Part shown: piece by piece, positions 51,273-60,275 of the stretch
Position numbering within the stretch: position 1 is the first letter of the stretch
Layout of the letters: the number at the start of each line of letters is the position of its first letter
Sequence record: DRR723986_1863
Reading direction: 5' to 3' (one strand)
DNA: 64,000 bases
Notes under the pieces: generated by a model
Databases searched by the model: none
What the model was told of the DNA's origin: nothing
What the model saw: the letters and a program-made list of their open reading frames with translations, nothing else
Position numbers and translations under genes: made by a program

Positions 51273-51992
51273 ATGACTAGCGTAAATTACGAGAATAAAG
51301 GTTCAATCTATTATATTGGAGCGTCCGAAAAGTTTCCGAAGGAACTGGAAGGAGTAATCGACCGGGAAATAGAAGATGGACGTTTTATCCGTATCACTCA
51401 GAAAATCGATCTTTATCGCTCGGAGCGCCGTGGGGAATTTTCAAAACGCCTTTTCCTGATTGACGAAGGCTTCAGCGCGGAGCGCAAGGAAGCTATTGCC
51501 TGCCTGCGGAAAAACTTCCCCGAAGCAAACCTCTGCATGCTGATCAATGACGATCTGTCGTTCCCCTCTATCATCAGCGATTATTTCCAGGAAGGCCTGA
51601 TCAAGAGCGTGCTGCCGATGAACCTTCGGATCGATCTCTGGCTAGGCGCTATCCGTCTCATGCTCAACGGCGGCCATTATCTGCCGGCTGATGCCATCAA
51701 GTACATGGGAATGGAAAGGCCTTACGGCGCAGCCCCGGCCATGCATCAGCGCAGGCACCGCAGCCGTACCAGGAACCGCTTCGGCAAGCTGACGAAACGG
51801 GAAACCGAAGTTCTGTGCCTCATCTCAGAGGGATATCAGAACAAGAACATCGCCGAAAAATTGTCCCTGTCGGAGCACACCATCAAGCTCCATATCCATC
51901 ACATCATTTCAAAGCTCGGCGTTTCAAACAGAACGGAAGCAGCCGCGATCTACATTCAGACGGAACAACGACCACCCAATCTAGAGGCCTGA
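51273..51992 (+). CDS. LuxR/NarL-type regulator with degenerate receiver domain
   Basis: LTKRETEVL...GYQNKNIAEKLSLSEHTIKLHIHHIISKLGVSNRTEAA HTH; start may be GTG 51264. Confidence 0.88.
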   Translation: MTSVNYENKGSIYYIGASEKFPKELEGVIDREIEDGRFIRITQKIDLYRSERRGEFSKRLFLIDEGFSAERKEAIACLRKNFPEANLCMLINDDLSFPSIISDYFQEGLIKSVLPMNLRIDLWLGAIRLMLNGGHYLPADAIKYMGMERPYGAAPAMHQRRHRSRTRNRFGKLTKRETEVLCLISEGYQNKNIAEKLSLSEHTIKLHIHHIISKLGVSNRTEAAAIYIQTEQRPPNLEA

Positions 51993-51994
51993 AG

Positions 51995-52504
51995 ATGAGC
52001 GCGGCAGATGCGCCCACAATGGCGGACGAATTCCAGACGTTTCTCGCCCTCATGGGCCGGCTGAACTATACGTGGACCAACACGGAGAGCTTGCTGATCC
52101 ACATGATCGCAGGCCTAGCCGGCGTCACCAAGGAAGTCGCGACGGTGATCTTCCTGACCCTCAACACGTCGCGTGCCCGGATTGATCTGGTCGAACGGCT
52201 GGCCAAGCTCGATACGCAGAAACCGGACTTGAGGGAAGAGGTGCTGAGCCTCACACGGGACATGCACAAGACCTTGAAATTGAAAAACAAATACAATCAC
52301 TGCATCTATTCGTTCGACAACGAGGGGCGCAATGCCTCAACCATTTTGATGCGCATCAGCGACCAGAAACACAAGATCGAATACGGCAAGTCCAGCCCGA
52401 TCAATTCCCGGGAAATCACGCTCGTCAGGGAAACGATCCAGAAGACACAGACGCTGAACAAGGCGCTCTGGGAGTTCTTCAAGCAGCGCAAGTTTCCGGT
52501 GTGA
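51995..52504 (+). CDS. Hypothetical helical protein with HEPN-like pattern
   Basis: Starts 2 nt after the luxR stop; N-terminal helix with ESLL, KNKYNH motif. Confidence 0.75.
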   Translation: MSAADAPTMADEFQTFLALMGRLNYTWTNTESLLIHMIAGLAGVTKEVATVIFLTLNTSRARIDLVERLAKLDTQKPDLREEVLSLTRDMHKTLKLKNKYNHCIYSFDNEGRNASTILMRISDQKHKIEYGKSSPINSREITLVRETIQKTQTLNKALWEFFKQRKFPV

Positions 52505-52532
52505 GATCCTCCCGCGCTGCACGCAGCCTCAA

Positions 52533-52622
52533 CAAAAAAGAGGCCGGATCGGTAAACCGAACCGGCCTTTCAGGGGAGGTAACAGGATGTTTGAGCAGGT
52601 ACGGATCGCTCTGATCCGGCTG
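52533..52622 (-). ncRNA. Candidate sRNA (5' hairpin, anti-SD CCUCCCC linker, intrinsic terminator)
   Basis: CGGATC/GATCCG stem, CAUCCUGUUACCUCCCC linker, AGGCCGG..CCGGCCU stem plus U-tract; upstream TTGGAC-N16-CAGAGT. Confidence 0.5.
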
Positions 52623-52726
52623 ACTGAACTCTGCCCTGGAGCGTGCCGCGTCCAACTAAAAAGATCTTGCGTCGAAATCCCCCAATTCAGGCAGTGAGAA
52701 GCGATTCCGATGAAACGCGACAAGTT

Positions 52727-54220
52727 CTAGCCGATCCTTGCGGCAATGCTTTTGGTCTTGCAGTAGCTCTTGAGACCCTCGAGACCTTTTTCGCGGCCGA
52801 AACCGGATTTCTTGTTGCCACCGAACGGCACCTCGATCCCGCCGGCGAAATACTCGTTGATGTAGATCTGGCCGGCATCGATCTTGCGCGCGAGCTGATG
52901 GGCTTTTGCGAAATTCGACGTGTAGATGCCTGCGACCAGGCCGTACTGGCAATCGTTGGCAAGTGCCAGGGCATGATCGGCATCATCAGCCACCTGCACC
53001 GTCAGCACCGGCCCGAAGATTTCCTCCTGCGCCAACTCGTCACTCGCAGAAACGCTATCGACGATTGTCGGCTCATAGAACCAGCCCTTGCCGGTTTTCG
53101 GGTCGGCGGCTATGGCGCCACCCGTCACGATATCAGCTCCCCGAGCCCTTGCGCGGTCGACAAAACCGGCAACCTTTGCAAGATGTCCCGCAGAATTGAC
53201 CGGCCCGACATCCGGGTTACCAAGACCGTGCCCGAGTGTCAGCGATTTTGTGCGTTTCACCAGTTCCGCAACGAAGTCCGCGTGAATGTTCTTCTCGATC
53301 ACGAGACGAGATCCAGCGGAACAGATCTGGCCGGCATTCTCGTAGATCGCACCGAGAACACCGGATAGCGCCTGTTCCCGGTCACAATCGCCAAGCACCA
53401 CCACGGGCGATTTACCACCAAGCTCCAGCACCACGCGGGTAATCTCGTCGGCTGCCGCCTTCATCACCGCCTTGCCCGTCTGGACCGAACCGGTGAACGT
53501 GATGTGGTCGACATCCGGATGGGATGTCAGTGGAGCCCCGGTTTCGGCGCCGGTTCCGGTCACGACATTGCACACGCCTGCCGGCAATCCGGCATCATGC
53601 AGGATCTTCGCGAGCAGCAACGCGGTGAACGGCGTTTGTTCGGCAGGCTTGGCCACAACCGTGCAGCCAGCTGCAAGCGCCGGCGCAAATCCGCGCGCAG
53701 CGGTGGAGATCGGAAAGTTCCACGGAATGATGTGGGCCGTGACCCCGACCGGCTCGTGAATGGCGTAACCGACATAATTTGGCCCAAGGGGAAAGCTGTC
53801 TCCCTGCAGCTTGTCGCAAGCGCCCGCGTAATACTCGAACGTACGTGCAGCACCGCGCACATCGCCTTGAGCTTCCTGCAGTGCCTTGCCGCTGTCCAGC
53901 GTTTCGGCAACGGCCAGAAGATCGAGATTTTCCAGGATAAGCCTGGACGCTTGCAGAAGGATGCGAGACCGCTCCACCGGCGCCATGTCTCGCCAGACCG
54001 TCTCAAAAGCAACCTTTGACGACTTTACCGCCTGATCGACATCTTCGGCGGTTCCCGCCGTGAAGCGGGCGAAGGCTTCACCCCGGCCCGGATCGAAACT
54101 TTCCATGGTGCGGTTATGGGACGGCTGCGTGAAGCTGCCGTCGATGAAATGGCCGAGGGGCAACGCCTTCAGCGTGTCCGTAGCCTGATATTCCGCGATG
54201 AGTTCGCTTGCTCCGGACAT
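52727..54220 (-). CDS. Aldehyde dehydrogenase
   Basis: IIPWNFP, FTGS, LELGGKSP, GQICSAG, EEIFGP; ATG 54220. Confidence 0.92.
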   Translation of the reverse strand: MSGASELIAEYQATDTLKALPLGHFIDGSFTQPSHNRTMESFDPGRGEAFARFTAGTAEDVDQAVKSSKVAFETVWRDMAPVERSRILLQASRLILENLDLLAVAETLDSGKALQEAQGDVRGAARTFEYYAGACDKLQGDSFPLGPNYVGYAIHEPVGVTAHIIPWNFPISTAARGFAPALAAGCTVVAKPAEQTPFTALLLAKILHDAGLPAGVCNVVTGTGAETGAPLTSHPDVDHITFTGSVQTGKAVMKAAADEITRVVLELGGKSPVVVLGDCDREQALSGVLGAIYENAGQICSAGSRLVIEKNIHADFVAELVKRTKSLTLGHGLGNPDVGPVNSAGHLAKVAGFVDRARARGADIVTGGAIAADPKTGKGWFYEPTIVDSVSASDELAQEEIFGPVLTVQVADDADHALALANDCQYGLVAGIYTSNFAKAHQLARKIDAGQIYINEYFAGGIEVPFGGNKKSGFGREKGLEGLKSYCKTKSIAARIG

Positions 54221-54222
54221 CG

Positions 54223-55329
54223 TTAGCCTTCCAGGGAACTGATCTTGTATGTGGATTTCGCCAGCCACTCCGGACTGATCTCGACACCCCACCCCGGCGC
54301 ATCTGTCACCGTGGTGTGCCCGTCGACAATCTCGTATGGCGAAGCGGTGAAGAGGCCGTATTGCCAGGGATAATAGTCGGCTTCCTCGATGGAGAATTCG
54401 AGATATTTGCCCGCATTCGGGATCGCCCGCAGCAGATGCATGGTGAACAGCGTCACCAGCGACAGGTTGGCCGCATGCGGTGTGCAGGGAATGCCTGCCT
54501 CATGCGCCATTTGTGCCACCTTCATGGTGCGGACCATACCACCGAGATAACAGACGTCCGGCTGAATGATATCGACAACCCGTTCATCGATCATCCGCTG
54601 CCAGTCCACCAGAGAGCAATCCTGCTCCCCCCCTGTCACATCGATGTCGAGAGCATCTGTCACTTGCCTGGTCTGGTCATAGTGCCAGTAGGGGCAAGGC
54701 TCCTCGTAATGAGAAATGCCGTTGGCTTCCAGGAACCGGCCGATCTCGATGGCCTTGGCTGGCGAATAGCAGGAGTTGGCATCGACCAGCAGTGCGGTGT
54801 CGTCACCAAAGGCCTTGCGCATGGTCGGCACGATTTCTTCCGTCCGGCCCGGCCATTCGTCCTGGTCGCGGCCGCATTCGGCACCAATCCGGAACTTGAA
54901 GGCGTCGAAGCCGTAAAGGTCCTGCTGCTTCTTGAGGCGATCCGCTTCGTCTTTCGCCGTGATGTCACGCTTCATCGACGACCCGTAGGCCCGCACCCTG
55001 CCCGGCGTTCCGCCGAGCAGTTCGCACACCGGCTTGCCTTCCAGCTTGCCGCGCAAGTCGAACAGGGCAGTGTCCAGTCCCCCCATCGCCCGGCGCAGAT
55101 AGGAGCCGGGAAACTTGTGCTCCCGTTCCGGGATGATCTCCATCAGGTGTTCAATGTCGAAAGCGTCCTCGCCCAGCGCATAAGGTGCAACCTGACGGTG
55201 GACGACCTCCGCCGTGATATCCGCGTAGTAAGGCGCTACCTGCCCCCATCCGGTCGCACCGTTTTCGGCGGTTACACGAACGAAGCAGACAAACTCATTG
55301 GTAAATGTTTCTATTGATTGTATTTTCAT
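54223..55329 (-). CDS. Mandelate racemase/enolase-superfamily enzyme, substrate unknown
   Basis: FKFR, VDAN, YEEP, GGEQ, QPD, TPH, EFSIE, PGWG; ATG 55329. Confidence 0.88.
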   Translation of the reverse strand: MKIQSIETFTNEFVCFVRVTAENGATGWGQVAPYYADITAEVVHRQVAPYALGEDAFDIEHLMEIIPEREHKFPGSYLRRAMGGLDTALFDLRGKLEGKPVCELLGGTPGRVRAYGSSMKRDITAKDEADRLKKQQDLYGFDAFKFRIGAECGRDQDEWPGRTEEIVPTMRKAFGDDTALLVDANSCYSPAKAIEIGRFLEANGISHYEEPCPYWHYDQTRQVTDALDIDVTGGEQDCSLVDWQRMIDERVVDIIQPDVCYLGGMVRTMKVAQMAHEAGIPCTPHAANLSLVTLFTMHLLRAIPNAGKYLEFSIEEADYYPWQYGLFTASPYEIVDGHTTVTDAPGWGVEISPEWLAKSTYKISSLEG

Positions 55330-55399
55330 TGTCTTATCCGGTCCTCGGACGGACGGTCCCGATGGATAGGGGTTGGCTCGTGAACCGACCCTTATCCAG

Positions 55400-55447
55400 A
55401 ATTGGACTTGATAGAAGGTCCGTTTTGCGCAAACTCTCATACCAATT
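55400..55447 (-). promoter_or_regulatory. MocR-type tripartite operator 1
   Basis: AATTGG-N17-AACGGA-N13-CCAATT on the minus strand; same spacing as 56963-57010. Confidence 0.72.
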
Positions 55448-55459
55448 TGGGAGAACGCG

Positions 55460-56947
55460 ATGAAACGGCATGCCGGCGCTGTGCTCTCGTCGATCAAGAT
55501 CGACAAGACGGCCGAAAAGAAAATTTCGATCCAGCTCTACATGGCGCTGCGCGACCTGCTGCTGACGGGGGCATTGACCCCAGGTGACCGGATGCCGGCC
55601 ACACGCACCCTGGCGCAGGAGATCGGCGTCTCCCGCACGACGGTAATCGATGCGACCGACCGCCTGATTTCCGAGGGTCTTCTGGAGGCAAGGGTAGGCG
55701 CTGGCACGTTCGTGAGTGAAGCTCTGAATGCCCGCCTTGCACCGAAGCCGTCACAGGAGGCCAGCGACATCACCCCCGTCGTGCCGCGCCTTTCCCACGC
55801 GACCCGGCATGCCATCCCGGATTTCACCTTGCGCTCGCGCCTGCCGCACAAATCGCAGGCCTTTGTCACAGCCTTGCCGGCGCTCGACGCCTTTCCGATG
55901 GCGCAATGGGCAAAACTCTCCGCACGGCACTGGCGCAAGGACCGCGACCACATTGCCGGCTATGGCGAACCCTTCGGCTACATGCCGCTGCGCCGGGCGA
56001 TTGCCCGTCAGCTTAATGCCTCCCGCGGAATCAAGTGCGATCCCGAACAGATATTCATCACCAACGGCGCCCAGCGCGCTTTTTCCCTGGTCGGCGGCAT
56101 GCTGGTCAATCCAGGCGAGCCGATCTGGTTTGAAAATCCTGGTGCAATTGGTGCGCGCAACGCTTTTGTTGCCATTGGCGCAAGGCCAATTCCTGTCGCC
56201 GTTGACGAGGAAGGTCTTTGCATCGAGGACGGCCTTGCCAAGGCGCCCTACTTTCGGCTCGCCTTCGTAACGCCATCCCACCAGCAGCCGCTTGGCCACG
56301 TCATGAGCCTTTCCCGCCGCCTGGCGCTTCTGACAGCCGCCAATGAAGCCGACGCCATGATCGTGGAGGACGACTACGACGGCGAATTCTATTTCGGCGA
56401 CCAGCCACCACCAACGCTCAAGAGCATCGATACCCACGGCCGGGTAATCTATGTCGGCACCTTCTCCAAGTCCCTGTTTCCGGCCCTCAGGCTCGGCTTC
56501 GTTCTGGTGCCGGAAGGCCTGGTGGAAAGCTTCGAGCGGGTCTGCCTGACCTGGCTTGCCGGTGTTCCGACCGTCACCCAGGCGATCGTTGCCGAATTCA
56601 TGGATGAAGGCATGTTCGCAACGCACATCCGCACCATGCGCCAACTCTACAAGCACCGTCACGATACCTTGATGGCAGAAAGCGCCAGTCTTGCAGGAGA
56701 CATAGACCTGCAGCCAACCAGCAGCGGCTTTCACGCTGTCGGCCTTTTGTCGAACCGATACGACGAAGACAGGATCGTCGCTGAAGCGGCCAAACACGGC
56801 ATCACCACCGCTCCCCTGTCTCGCTACGCTCTCGGCCGGATACCGCAGCGCGGCATTGTCCTCGGCTTCGGCAGCTCCGCGCAGGATGACATCCGCAAAG
56901 GCATGAAGGTTCTCAAGAAAATCCTGCCTGTTTGCTGCACCAGCTAA
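55460..56947 (+). CDS. MocR/GabR-family PLP-dependent regulator
   Basis: wHTH ATRTLAQEIGVSRTTV, VTPSHQ, EDDYD, GTFSKSLFPALRLG. Confidence 0.93.
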   Translation: MKRHAGAVLSSIKIDKTAEKKISIQLYMALRDLLLTGALTPGDRMPATRTLAQEIGVSRTTVIDATDRLISEGLLEARVGAGTFVSEALNARLAPKPSQEASDITPVVPRLSHATRHAIPDFTLRSRLPHKSQAFVTALPALDAFPMAQWAKLSARHWRKDRDHIAGYGEPFGYMPLRRAIARQLNASRGIKCDPEQIFITNGAQRAFSLVGGMLVNPGEPIWFENPGAIGARNAFVAIGARPIPVAVDEEGLCIEDGLAKAPYFRLAFVTPSHQQPLGHVMSLSRRLALLTAANEADAMIVEDDYDGEFYFGDQPPPTLKSIDTHGRVIYVGTFSKSLFPALRLGFVLVPEGLVESFERVCLTWLAGVPTVTQAIVAEFMDEGMFATHIRTMRQLYKHRHDTLMAESASLAGDIDLQPTSSGFHAVGLLSNRYDEDRIVAEAAKHGITTAPLSRYALGRIPQRGIVLGFGSSAQDDIRKGMKVLKKILPVCCTS

Positions 56948-56962
56948 GGTGCACCCTCGGTC

Positions 56963-57010
56963 AATTGGACTGCTAAATTATCTGCAATGGATATATTTGG
57001 CAGGCCAATT
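56963..57010 (+). promoter_or_regulatory. MocR-type tripartite operator 2
   Basis: AATTGG-N17-AATGGA-N13-CCAATT upstream of the ABC operon. Confidence 0.72.
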
Positions 57011-57062
57011 CCAACCTAGGCTTTTTTCCGGTTAGTACGCTGAGTGCATTCAGGAGGACGTC

Positions 57063-58139
57063 ATGCATTTGAAAACAACACTAACCGGCCTGTTGGCCGC
57101 AACCATGCTTGCCGGTGCCGGCTCTGCCCAGGCAGAGACCCTGCGCCTGTTGACCTGGGGGTCTTACGCTCCCGACGAACTGGTCCAAAAATTTGAAGAA
57201 GAATATCCGGACATTGATGTTGAAGTCACCTTCTCCAACAACGAGGAAATGATTGCCAAGCTGCGCGCCACTGGTGGTGCCGGCTTCGACCTTGCCCAGC
57301 CAAGCCACGACCGCATCTACGCGGCCCAGCTGGAATATGACATCTACAAGCCGCTGGATCTTTCAAAGATCGACACCGGCGCGATGGAAGCCAAGCTGCT
57401 TGACGGCGTGAAGGCAAACACGACGATCGAGGGTGAAGTCTACGCGGTTCCCCACCAGTGGGGCACATCCGGCCTGATGGCCGACAAGACAAAGGCCCCG
57501 GACCTTTCGAGCTGGGCCGACTTGTGCGACCCGGCCTACAAGGGCAAGACCTCGATGCGCCTGAAGCGCACGATCCTGCTCGGCACGGCCTTCTCGATGG
57601 GCGAAGATCCGTTCGCGGCCTATGCGGACCTTGAGAAATACCAGGGCATCCTGGACAAGGTCGCCGACAAGCTGATCGAGTGCAAAGACAACATCAAGGC
57701 CTACTGGAAAGGCGGCGACGACCTGTCCGCCATGATGCTGTCAGGTGAAATCGTGGCATCCGAAACCTGGGATTCCACCGCTTACAAGCTCTACGACCAG
57801 AACCAGAACATCGTCTTCGTTCCGCCGAAGGAAGGCGCGCTAGCCTGGATCGACACCTTCGCCCTGCCGCGCAAGGGCAAGGCGGATGATGCCGCCTACA
57901 AGTGGATCAACTTCGTGCTGCGGCCGGAAAACGTGACCATCATGTCCGGTAGCACCGGCGCGATTGCCGCGGTCAAGGGTGGTACCGACCTGCTGCCGGA
58001 AGACAAGAAGGCAGCCGTGAATGCGGCCTTCACCGCAGCCGACATCGACAATCTCAAGTTCTTTGCCAACATTCCTCCCGGCGTGGAAGACATGGAAGGC
58101 AAGACTCTCGAGAAGATCAAGGCAGCCACAGGCGGCTGA
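57063..58139 (+). CDS. PotD/PotF-family substrate-binding protein
   Basis: Signal peptide, LLTWGSY, SNNEEMIAKL, PKEGALAWID. Confidence 0.9.
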   Translation: MHLKTTLTGLLAATMLAGAGSAQAETLRLLTWGSYAPDELVQKFEEEYPDIDVEVTFSNNEEMIAKLRATGGAGFDLAQPSHDRIYAAQLEYDIYKPLDLSKIDTGAMEAKLLDGVKANTTIEGEVYAVPHQWGTSGLMADKTKAPDLSSWADLCDPAYKGKTSMRLKRTILLGTAFSMGEDPFAAYADLEKYQGILDKVADKLIECKDNIKAYWKGGDDLSAMMLSGEIVASETWDSTAYKLYDQNQNIVFVPPKEGALAWIDTFALPRKGKADDAAYKWINFVLRPENVTIMSGSTGAIAAVKGGTDLLPEDKKAAVNAAFTAADIDNLKFFANIPPGVEDMEGKTLEKIKAATGG

Positions 58140-58147
58140 TCAGGTTC

Positions 58148-58187
58148 AGGGCTGCCGGAACCATTCCGGCAGCCCTTTCCTTTTTTT
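58148..58187 (+). terminator. Terminator-like hairpin after the SBP gene
   Basis: AGGGCTGCCGGAA-CCA-TTCCGGCAGCCCT followed by a T-rich tract. Confidence 0.75.
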
Positions 58188-58269
58188 GAAAAAATCAAAA
58201 CACCGGAGAGAAGCAACCGGACACAACCCGGCGCTCCAAACCCCGATCCCTTCCAGTTGGCCCGCATTG

Positions 58270-59394
58270 ATGAAACACACCTCACCCGCCTACGATCTTG
58301 AATGCCTCGACCTTGCCAAGAGTTTTGGAGGATTTCGCGCCGTCAAAGGCGTCTCCTTCGAGATCCCGAGCGGTTCGTTCTTCTCCATTCTCGGTCCGTC
58401 GGGCTGTGGCAAGACAACCCTGATGCGCATGATCGCGGGTTTCGAGGACCCGACCTCCGGCGATATCAAGATCAAGGGCAAGTCGGTACTCGGCGTGCCG
58501 CCCAACCGGCGCAACGTCAAGATGGTGTTCCAGCATCTGGCGCTGTTCCCGATGATGAACGTCTACGAGAACATTGCCTATGGCCTCAGGTGTGCAGGCG
58601 TGAACAATGCCGACATCAAACGCAAGGTTCAGGACGTGCTGGAGCGGATCGCCCTGCCCGACGTCGGCGAGCGGGAAATCCACCAGTTGTCCGGCGGCCA
58701 GAAACAGCGCATCGCCATTGCTCGCTGCATGGTGCTCGATCCGGATGTGCTGCTGCTCGATGAACCGCTCGGCGCGCTCGATCTGAAGCTGCGCGAAGCG
58801 ATGAAGATCGAGCTGAAGCTGTTGCAGCACCAGTTCAACACGACCTTTATCTACATCACCCACGATCAGTCGGAAGCACTGGTGATGTCCGATAACGTCG
58901 CCATCATGAACCAGGGCATTTTCGAACAGATCGGCACGCCGCAGGATCTCTATCATCATCCCAAGACCGCCTTCGTCGCCGGTTTTGTCGGCGATAGCAA
59001 CCGCTGGTCCGGCACGGTGAAATCCGCAGATGGCACAGGTGGCAAGGTGGAAACGGACCAGGGCCTTTCGATGAGTTTCAGTGCCGGCGCGGGTCAGACC
59101 ATTCGTGATGGCGACAAGGTGGAGATTTTCGTGCGGCCGGAATTCATCCGCACGGTGCGCTCATCCGAAGCGGACCAGGCCGTGACAGAAGGTGACAACC
59201 AGATGAGTGGTGTCATCGACAGCCTGCTCTTCAACGGTGCCAACAGCCGTGTTCTCGTACGGACCGGCAGCGGCGAGCTTATCGAATCCGACGTAACGGT
59301 AACCGGCAACAACGACCTGAAACCCGGAGAAGACGTGCGCCTGATCTGGTCGTCTCGTCAGGCCATGTGTTTTGCCCGCGCGGAGAGCGCATGA
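58270..59394 (+). CDS. PotA-family ABC ATP-binding protein
   Basis: GPSGCGKT, LSGGQKQR, LLDEPLGALD, TOBE-like C-terminus. Confidence 0.92.
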   Translation: MKHTSPAYDLECLDLAKSFGGFRAVKGVSFEIPSGSFFSILGPSGCGKTTLMRMIAGFEDPTSGDIKIKGKSVLGVPPNRRNVKMVFQHLALFPMMNVYENIAYGLRCAGVNNADIKRKVQDVLERIALPDVGEREIHQLSGGQKQRIAIARCMVLDPDVLLLDEPLGALDLKLREAMKIELKLLQHQFNTTFIYITHDQSEALVMSDNVAIMNQGIFEQIGTPQDLYHHPKTAFVAGFVGDSNRWSGTVKSADGTGGKVETDQGLSMSFSAGAGQTIRDGDKVEIFVRPEFIRTVRSSEADQAVTEGDNQMSGVIDSLLFNGANSRVLVRTGSGELIESDVTVTGNNDLKPGEDVRLIWSSRQAMCFARAESA

Positions 59395-60263
59395 TGCAGA
59401 ACAAGGACATCAAACGGCTGTCGCTGATCCTGCTGTTTTCGCCTTTCGCGCTCTGGATCCTGCTGCTGATCATTCTGCCGCACATCGGCATGGTGCTCCT
59501 CTCCTTCCGCGAGAAAGTGGCACCGCGCGTCTATGAGTACAGCTTCGCCAACTATCTGGATTTCATAAACGAACCGATCTACTGGAACACCCTACTTCGA
59601 ACCGGATCCATGTCCCTGCTGGTCACAGCACTGGCGCTGCTGATCGGCTTTCCCATTGCCTACTACATCGCCAAGATCGCCGGCCCCAGGGCGCGCGGTG
59701 GTCTGTTCCTGCTCTGCCTGATCCCGCTCTGGGTCAGCGACCTGATCCGTTCCTTCGGCTGGATCCTGCTGTTGCGCGAAACCGGTGTGATTTCGAATTT
59801 CCTGCTCTGGACCGGACTGGTCGGCCAGCCTGTCGAGTTTCTCTACAACGACATCGCGGTCATCATCGGCCTCGTCTACACCGTGATCCTGTTCATGATC
59901 GTGCCACTGGTTTCGACGCTGGACGGCATGGACAATTCAATGATCGAGGCCGGGTACAATCTGGGCGGCAGCGGCTTCACCGTGCTGCGCCGGATCATCA
60001 TTCCTTACGCGATGCCGGGCATCGTGGCCGGCTGTATCGTCACCTTCATGCTGACGGCAGGTTCCTACCTGACGCCGATCCTGCTCGGCGGCAAGAATTC
60101 GAGCTGGTTTACCGAACAGATCTACAATCAGTTCATCACCCGCTTCAACTGGGAAGGAGGCGCGGCCTTCGGCATGCTGCTCCTTATTTTTACCTCCGTC
60201 GTGATCTGGCTCGGCCTGAAACTCTCCGGTCAGACCCTCGCCAACACCGTGGCCAAGAGCTGA
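59391..60263 (+). CDS. PotB-family ABC permease
   Basis: Hydrophobic profile, IEAGYNLGG EAA loop; ATGA overlap. Confidence 0.9.
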   Translation: MMQNKDIKRLSLILLFSPFALWILLLIILPHIGMVLLSFREKVAPRVYEYSFANYLDFINEPIYWNTLLRTGSMSLLVTALALLIGFPIAYYIAKIAGPRARGGLFLLCLIPLWVSDLIRSFGWILLLRETGVISNFLLWTGLVGQPVEFLYNDIAVIIGLVYTVILFMIVPLVSTLDGMDNSMIEAGYNLGGSGFTVLRRIIIPYAMPGIVAGCIVTFMLTAGSYLTPILLGGKNSSWFTEQIYNQFITRFNWEGGAAFGMLLLIFTSVVIWLGLKLSGQTLANTVAKS

Positions 60264-60275
60264 GGAGGACAGACG

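Noticed and set aside
50543-51600. AT-rich stretch as a mobile element or island boundary
   Set aside because: No integrase, transposase, tRNA or terminal repeats; flanking genes have host-like composition
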